Source of the DNA: Rhodospirillales bacterium
GTDB lineage: Bacteria; Pseudomonadota; Alphaproteobacteria; UBA828
Reading direction: 5' to 3'
Length of the DNA stretch: 64,000 bases
NCBI GenBank assembly: GCA_028818855.1
Contig: JAPPMY010000259.1
Location: 6,299 to 70,298 of the forward strand
A program made the position numbers and the translations under genes. Positions 58,836 through 64,000 of this stretch are shown piece by piece. Numbering within the stretch: the first letter of the stretch is position 1; every line of letters begins with the position of its first letter. The notes under the pieces are model-generated. The model did no database searches and had not been told where the DNA came from. It was given only the letters and a program-made list of their open reading frames with translations.

Positions 58836-59972
58836 TCAGCCGGTGAGCGCGGCATCCCGCATCTGGTGAAAGTTCTGCAGGCCGATCTCGTTCCGGCCGA
58901 ACACGATCTCCCGCTGCACGCCTGCCGCAAGGTTCGCCTGCACGCCCTCCATCACGGCGAAGTCCTCGGTATCGAGCACGCCCAGCGCGAGCCGCATCAT
59001 CTCCTCCCAGTCGCGCTCGCTCGTATCGTCGGCGGGCGAGGCGAAGCTGAAGCGGCAGGCCGTGGTGTCGGGCCGCGCAGGGTCGGGGAAGAAGCGCACC
59101 AGCTCCACATGCGGACCCTGGCTGATGAACACCGCGTTGGGGAAGAGCCGGTAGACGATCGTCGCATGCGGCAGCACGCGCCACGTTGCCGGGTCGCCGC
59201 CCTGCTGGTCCACGATGCTGCGGCGGGGCGCGACCAGGCGCGCATGACGGCCGCAGGCCTCGTAGAGGAAGACCGTGCCGAACAGCGTCTTGCCGATGGA
59301 GGCGCGGTGCAGGATGGGCACGTGGTAGTACTCGAGGAAGGTATCCACGCCCAGCTTCCAGTTCATCCGCTTGGTCCAGTCGTGACTGCCGCGGTGGCGG
59401 TAGTCCGCGAGGCCGAATGCCGCAAGCTCCGGGCCGAGACCGCCGAGAGCTTCGTCCAAGTCGAGCGAGCCGGCGGGGTCGAGCAGAAGCCAGACGAAGC
59501 CGTCGCGCTCTTCGGTGGGAAAGCGCACCAGGGCCTCTTCGCCGACCGCGATGTCGGGGAAGTGCTCGGCCGCCGGCTGCGCCCGGAGCACGCCGCAGCG
59601 GTCGTAGGTCCAGTTGTGGTAGGGGCAGGCGAAGGCCTTGCCCACGTGGCCGGCGCCATCCAGCAGGCGGGCGCCCCGGTGCCGGCACGTGTTGAGCAGG
59701 CCACGCACGGTCCCCCCATCGTCCCGCATCAGCAATACGGGCACGCCCGCAATGTCGAGCGTGAGGTAGTCGCCGGGCTCGGCGATCTCGCAACCGAAGG
59801 CAAGCGGCAGCGGGTGGCGCCGGAAGAGCGCGGCGATCTCGTCGGCGAGCGCCGTCTCGCAGGTATACCGCCTTCCGTCGATCGCCATCGTGGCGTCGGC
59901 CTCCGGCAAGGCGCCGCGGCCGATGCGGTCGAGCGCCTCGGCGGCAAGGCGTTGTTCGGTTCGCAGTTCCAA
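58836..59972 (-). CDS. Rieske non-heme iron oxygenase alpha subunit (third, divergent)
   Basis: CRH-X17-CPYH, NWKL..DTFLEYYH....H, ED, FGRNE. Confidence 0.9.
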   Translation of the reverse strand: MELRTEQRLAAEALDRIGRGALPEADATMAIDGRRYTCETALADEIAALFRRHPLPLAFGCEIAEPGDYLTLDIAGVPVLLMRDDGGTVRGLLNTCRHRGARLLDGAGHVGKAFACPYHNWTYDRCGVLRAQPAAEHFPDIAVGEEALVRFPTEERDGFVWLLLDPAGSLDLDEALGGLGPELAAFGLADYRHRGSHDWTKRMNWKLGVDTFLEYYHVPILHRASIGKTLFGTVFLYEACGRHARLVAPRRSIVDQQGGDPATWRVLPHATIVYRLFPNAVFISQGPHVELVRFFPDPARPDTTACRFSFASPADDTSERDWEEMMRLALGVLDTEDFAVMEGVQANLAAGVQREIVFGRNEIGLQNFHQMRDAALTG

Positions 59973-60217
59973 TGGTCTCTCTTCGCGGTTGTCTCGCGCC
60001 CATGCTAGCCGCCCATACTAACCGATTGCGCAGGGCACGGCCGCGCGCGAATAATGCGGTATGTTCCCCGGCGCATAGCGTCTCACGCGCCTTTCCACAG
60101 GGCCCCCCGGACCGGGCGGGCGGGTACGATCCTCCACCGCAACGACGCGACAAGCGATGGCGAGGTCTTGGCGATGACAACTCACAGGACGGCGCGGCCC
60201 AGGGCCGCGAGAGGGCC

Positions 60218-61387
60218 ATGAACGCTGCCGACACCGGAGACGGACTCGGCATCACGCTCGGGGTCGAGGAAGAGTTCTTTCTCGTCGATCCCGAGACCCG
60301 CGACCTCCTCGCCGAGCCGGACGAGGGCATCTTCGAGGCATGCGAGCAGGCCGGCGGGCCGCACAAGGTGGTGCACGAGTTCCTGCGCTCCCAGATCGAG
60401 ACCAACACGCGGGTGTGCAACTCAGTGGCCGACGTGCGCCAAGCGCTGCGCGAGACGCGGCGGCTCGTCATCGAGGCGGCGGAGAGCCACGGCACCTGGA
60501 TGATGGGCGCCTCCACCCACCCCTTCGCGTCATGGCGGGACCAGTCGCCGACGCCGGGGGAGCGGTACAGGCGGTTCGCCTCCACGTACCAGGAGACCGT
60601 GCGCCGCACCCTCGTCGGCGGCATGCACATTCATGCGGGCTTCGGCGATCCGGACTCGCGCATCCGGGTGATGACTGCGCTCAGGCGCTATCTGCCGCTG
60701 CTGCATGCGTTCTCCGCCTCCTCGCCGTTCAATGGCGGGCACGAAACCGGGTTCAAGTCCTTCCGCCTCACCGTGATGGGCGCCTTGCCGCGCACGGGTC
60801 TCCCCGGCCCGCTGCACTCCCAGGCCGAGTACAAGCGGCTCGTCGCCGCGTATCAGCGCATGGATTACATCGGGGATGCGAGGGAGCTCTGGTGGGACAT
60901 TCGCCCGGCCAGCGCGTTCCCGACCATCGAGCTTCGCATTTGCGACCTCTGCACCCGTCTGGAGGACGCCGTGACCATCGCGGCGCTCTACGCCTCCCTC
61001 ATCCGCTGGCTCCTGCGGCAGGACAGGGAGGGCGCGCTGCCGTCCGAGCCGCTCACCGAGCTGATCGCCCAGGATCGCTGGATCGCCCAGCGCTACGGCG
61101 TGCACGCCTTCCTCGGCGACTGGGCCTCCGGCAGCGGGCGCGTGGATATCGACGACTACGCGGCGGCGCTGATCGACGAGCTGGCGGATGACGCCCGCGC
61201 GCTCGGGTGCGAGGCGGAGGTGCGCCGCGCGCTCGCCATTATCCGGGAAGGAACCGGCGCGGACCGCCAGATCGATCTCTACCGCCTGTGCCGTCTGGAG
61301 GGAGATACCGAGGAGCAGGCGTTGCACCGCGTGGTCGACCAGGTGCTGGCCGAGACGAAAGAGGGGCTGGAGGCGCACGCCGGCTGA
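60218..61387 (+). CDS. ybdK: Carboxylate-amine ligase (YbdK/GCS2 family)
   Basis: LGVEEEFFLVD, QIE, HPF, GMHIH, SSPF, WWDIRP, TIELRICD. Confidence 0.9.
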   Translation: MNAADTGDGLGITLGVEEEFFLVDPETRDLLAEPDEGIFEACEQAGGPHKVVHEFLRSQIETNTRVCNSVADVRQALRETRRLVIEAAESHGTWMMGASTHPFASWRDQSPTPGERYRRFASTYQETVRRTLVGGMHIHAGFGDPDSRIRVMTALRRYLPLLHAFSASSPFNGGHETGFKSFRLTVMGALPRTGLPGPLHSQAEYKRLVAAYQRMDYIGDARELWWDIRPASAFPTIELRICDLCTRLEDAVTIAALYASLIRWLLRQDREGALPSEPLTELIAQDRWIAQRYGVHAFLGDWASGSGRVDIDDYAAALIDELADDARALGCEAEVRRALAIIREGTGADRQIDLYRLCRLEGDTEEQALHRVVDQVLAETKEGLEAHAG

Positions 61388-61827
61388 GGGGAGGGCGGTC
61401 TGGGCCGCTCCCAGTCCGCGACCCCGCCGGGGACGACGCGGAAGAGCGGATGCGGCTCGCGGGCGTCGGAAGCGCTGACCTGCCTGCGCCATTTCGGCGC
61501 CCGCGCGTCGAGCTTCGCCAACAGGTGGCGCCACTCGAAGTCGAGCTGGCCTTGCGTCACGGCAATCGGCGGCGCCTCGCGGCCGGGCGCGATCCGGCCA
61601 GCGTCGAAGTTGTAGCCCCGCGCCGCCGCCTCCTCATGCACCGCGCCCAGGTAGGCGGCGATGGCGGAGACAGGCGAGGGCTGCGAGCGAAAGCGATGCA
61701 GTTGCGGGTGGTTGCGGTAGCCCCTGGTCCTGCCCCGCAGCACCGCCTGGGCGAGCAGGGCCTCGCGCCAGAGCGCCACCAGCCCCCTGGCGTCGAGATA
61801 GCGCGGATGCAGGCTCCAGAGGCGCAT
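61279..61827 (-). CDS. Pyrimidine dimer DNA glycosylase / endonuclease V-like protein
   Basis: [38 protein letters not shown]; C-terminus runs on into the ybdK 3' end. Confidence 0.85.
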   Translation of the reverse strand: MRLWSLHPRYLDARGLVALWREALLAQAVLRGRTRGYRNHPQLHRFRSQPSPVSAIAAYLGAVHEEAAARGYNFDAGRIAPGREAPPIAVTQGQLDFEWRHLLAKLDARAPKWRRQVSASDAREPHPLFRVVPGGVADWERPRPPSPQPACASSPSFVSASTWSTTRCNACSSVSPSRRHRR

Positions 61828-61880
61828 GCCGCGACCGGCCGGGAACTGCGGGCCCGGCCTCGATTGCAGCGGCCCGGCGT

Positions 61881-63305
61881 CTACGCCCCGCCCTCCTCGC
61901 GCCTCCACAGCTCGTGCGCGAGAATGCCGACGGAGGCTTCGACCGTCTCCATCGCATCGAGGATCAGGTCCTCGCGATACCGGCGGCCGACGATCTGCAC
62001 GCCCGCCGGCAGCCCGTCGGCGAAGCCGATGGGCACCACGCCCGCCGGCAGGCTCAGGTAGTTGATGCCGGTGCTGTAGATGGCGGACCGGAAGAGGTCC
62101 TTAACCTGCTCGAAGCCCTGCGCGTCGTAGTCCCAGGCGTACGTCGACCGCATCAGGAACGGGCACAGCACCAGCGGGTACGAATCGAGAAAGACGCTCC
62201 ACTCGCGTGTGAGCGCGGTGCGGTCGGCGATGCCCTGGCGGTACCCCGCCGCGTCCACCGGGTTTCCGACGCGCTGGTAGTGATCGAAGATGGCCCGGAT
62301 GGTCGCGCTGCCGTGTTCGCGCGCGGCCGGTCCCAGGAAGTGGGCGATCTCGCTTGCGAGCACGTCGAACCACGCCTGCGCGGGCTTCATGATCGAGGGC
62401 GTCTCCACCCGTTCCACCGCGTAGCCCGCATCGCTCAGCACGTCCGCCGCCCGCTCGATTCCGGCGACGATCTGCGGATTGATCGGATAGCCGTGGGTCT
62501 CGCAGGTGACCGCGACCTTGATCGGGGGGGCGAGCGCGGGCCCGTCGAAGGGGACCGGCACCCACCAGGGATCGCGCGCATCGCCGCCTGCGAGCACCCG
62601 CGTGCCCAGCCGCACGTCCCGCACTTCGCGGCACATGACGCCCTGGACGGAGCAGAGCTGGGCGAGGAGGCCGCGTTCCGCCGCAGCGCTCGGGTTGTAC
62701 GCCGGCACCCGGCCGAGCGTCGGCTTCACCGTCGCCAGTCCGCATGCGAACGACGGGAAGCGCAGCGACCCGCCGATGTCGTTGCCGTGGTGAATCGGCC
62801 CGAACCCCATCGCCGCGGCGGCCGATCCGCCGCCGGAAGACCCGCCCGGCGAGGCCTCCTCGTCCCAGGGGTTGAGGGTGCGCCCGCGCAGCGGGTTGTC
62901 CGTGGTCGCGCGCATGGAGAGTTCGGGCGTGTTGGTGCGCCCCACGATGATCGCGCCGGCGCCCAGCAGGTTGCGCGTCACCGGGGAGTGGTCCGGCGCG
63001 ATGACGTCGGCGTAGGCGGGCAGGCCGTTGGGCGTCGCCTGCCCGGCCACGTCGATGTTCTCCTTGATGGTGACCGGGACCCCGTGCAGCGGCCCCGGAG
63101 TGGTGCCGTCGCCTGCCTCCCGGTCTTTCCGTTCGGCAGCGCGGAGCGCGTCCTCGCCGCAGTCGACGACGATCGCGTTGATGCGCCCGTTGTGCCGGGC
63201 GATGCGCCCCAGCACCGCCTCCGTCACCTCGACGCACGACACCTCGCGCGACCGGATCATCGCGGCGAGTTCGACCGCGCTCCGCCTCCACAGCTCCTGG
63301 TTCAT
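61881..63305 (-). CDS. Amidase signature family protein (indoleacetamide hydrolase-like)
   Basis: [34 protein letters not shown]. Confidence 0.92.
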   Translation of the reverse strand: MNQELWRRSAVELAAMIRSREVSCVEVTEAVLGRIARHNGRINAIVVDCGEDALRAAERKDREAGDGTTPGPLHGVPVTIKENIDVAGQATPNGLPAYADVIAPDHSPVTRNLLGAGAIIVGRTNTPELSMRATTDNPLRGRTLNPWDEEASPGGSSGGGSAAAAMGFGPIHHGNDIGGSLRFPSFACGLATVKPTLGRVPAYNPSAAAERGLLAQLCSVQGVMCREVRDVRLGTRVLAGGDARDPWWVPVPFDGPALAPPIKVAVTCETHGYPINPQIVAGIERAADVLSDAGYAVERVETPSIMKPAQAWFDVLASEIAHFLGPAAREHGSATIRAIFDHYQRVGNPVDAAGYRQGIADRTALTREWSVFLDSYPLVLCPFLMRSTYAWDYDAQGFEQVKDLFRSAIYSTGINYLSLPAGVVPIGFADGLPAGVQIVGRRYREDLILDAMETVEASVGILAHELWRREEGGA

Positions 63306-63572
63306 CGCGCTCGATCTCGATTTCGTGGGATCACGCGGTCGCCGAGAGGGCTCAGGGCAGAGCGTTCTGCGGCGGCCCGGACCCGGTCGACAACAGCGGG
63401 GGTTATATCATCCCCCTGCGCTCCGCTCCACGCGCGCTATCGGCGGGCAACCACCCGTTGGGGAGGAACGCACGCCACCCCACAACATGTCGGCGCATCG
63501 CAGGCAGACACCGCAGCCCTCCCTGTGCTAAGACGTTGCGCATTCGTTCGACGACCGGACCGCTCCGATTCC

Positions 63573-64000
63573 ATGGCCGATACCCTCGATCTCTTCGCTG
63601 GGCTCGACGAGAGCGCCCCCGCCGGCAAGCGCAAGCCTGCGCGCAAGGCCGGGGGCAAGGCCGAGGCCAAGGCCGCAGCCAAGGCGCCGCGCGCGGGCCG
63701 GCGTACGCGCCAGGCACAGGCGCCCGGCGCTGCGCCGCCTACCAACGGCGAGTACACGGCGCACGACATCGAGATCCTGGAGGGGCTGGAGCCGGTGCGC
63801 CGCCGCCCCGGCATGTTCATCGGCGGCACCGACCAGAGGGCGCTGCATCACCTCCTCGCCGAGTTGATCGACAACGCGATGGACGAGGCGATCGCGGGCC
63901 ACGCCAGCCGCATCGAGATCGCGCTTCACGACGACGGCTCGGCCTCGGTCAGGGACAACGGCCGGGGCATCCCGGTCGACCCGCACCCGAAGTACAAGAA
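63573..64000 (+). CDS. parE: DNA topoisomerase IV subunit B (3'-truncated by window)
   Basis: Own translation: MADTLDLF...[51 protein letters not shown]...[13 protein letters not shown]; EPVRRRPGM and AGHA favour ParE over GyrB. Confidence 0.93.
   Translation, partial: MADTLDLFAGLDESAPAGKRKPARKAGGKAEAKAAAKAPRAGRRTRQAQAPGAAPPTNGEYTAHDIEILEGLEPVRRRPGMFIGGTDQRALHHLLAELIDNAMDEAIAGHASRIEIALHDDGSASVRDNGRGIPVDPHPKYK

Noticed and set aside
13912-63572. Accessory region as a single genomic island or mobile element
   Set aside because: No integrase, transposase, tRNA or flanking direct repeats seen; composition mostly matches the core genes

Overview
GC-rich bacterial chromosome segment, most likely alphaproteobacterial, judged from the rpiB-glyA-nrdR-ribDE-ribB-ribH-nusB-thiL order and the style of the ParE N-terminus. 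The first ~14 kb is mostly housekeeping (gatAB, rhomboid, glyA, nrdR, riboflavin operon, nusB, thiL), and the window ends in the 5' part of parE. Between them lies ~49 kb of mainly catabolic accessory genes. These include a sugar-type ABC transporter, three non-GatA amidases, a peptide/nickel-type ABC transporter and three Rieske oxygenase alpha subunits. Two of the Rieske subunits are close paralogues, and one is followed by a small unknown protein, a Rieske ferredoxin, xylT, xylE and a hydrolase. The region also has tandem Nu-class GSTs, an S1P-lyase-like PLP enzyme, a DMG/sarcosine dehydrogenase, a GMC oxidoreductase and aceBA with a RamB/ScfR regulator. I recognised no tRNA, rRNA, CRISPR array, integrase or transposase. 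The two strongest leads are an unexplained bipartite array of degenerate 10-bp repeats at the core/accessory boundary (14031-14154), and an orphan Rieske/meta-cleavage system with no beta subunit, reductase or local regulator. All calls come from motif recognition by eye; no searches were run.
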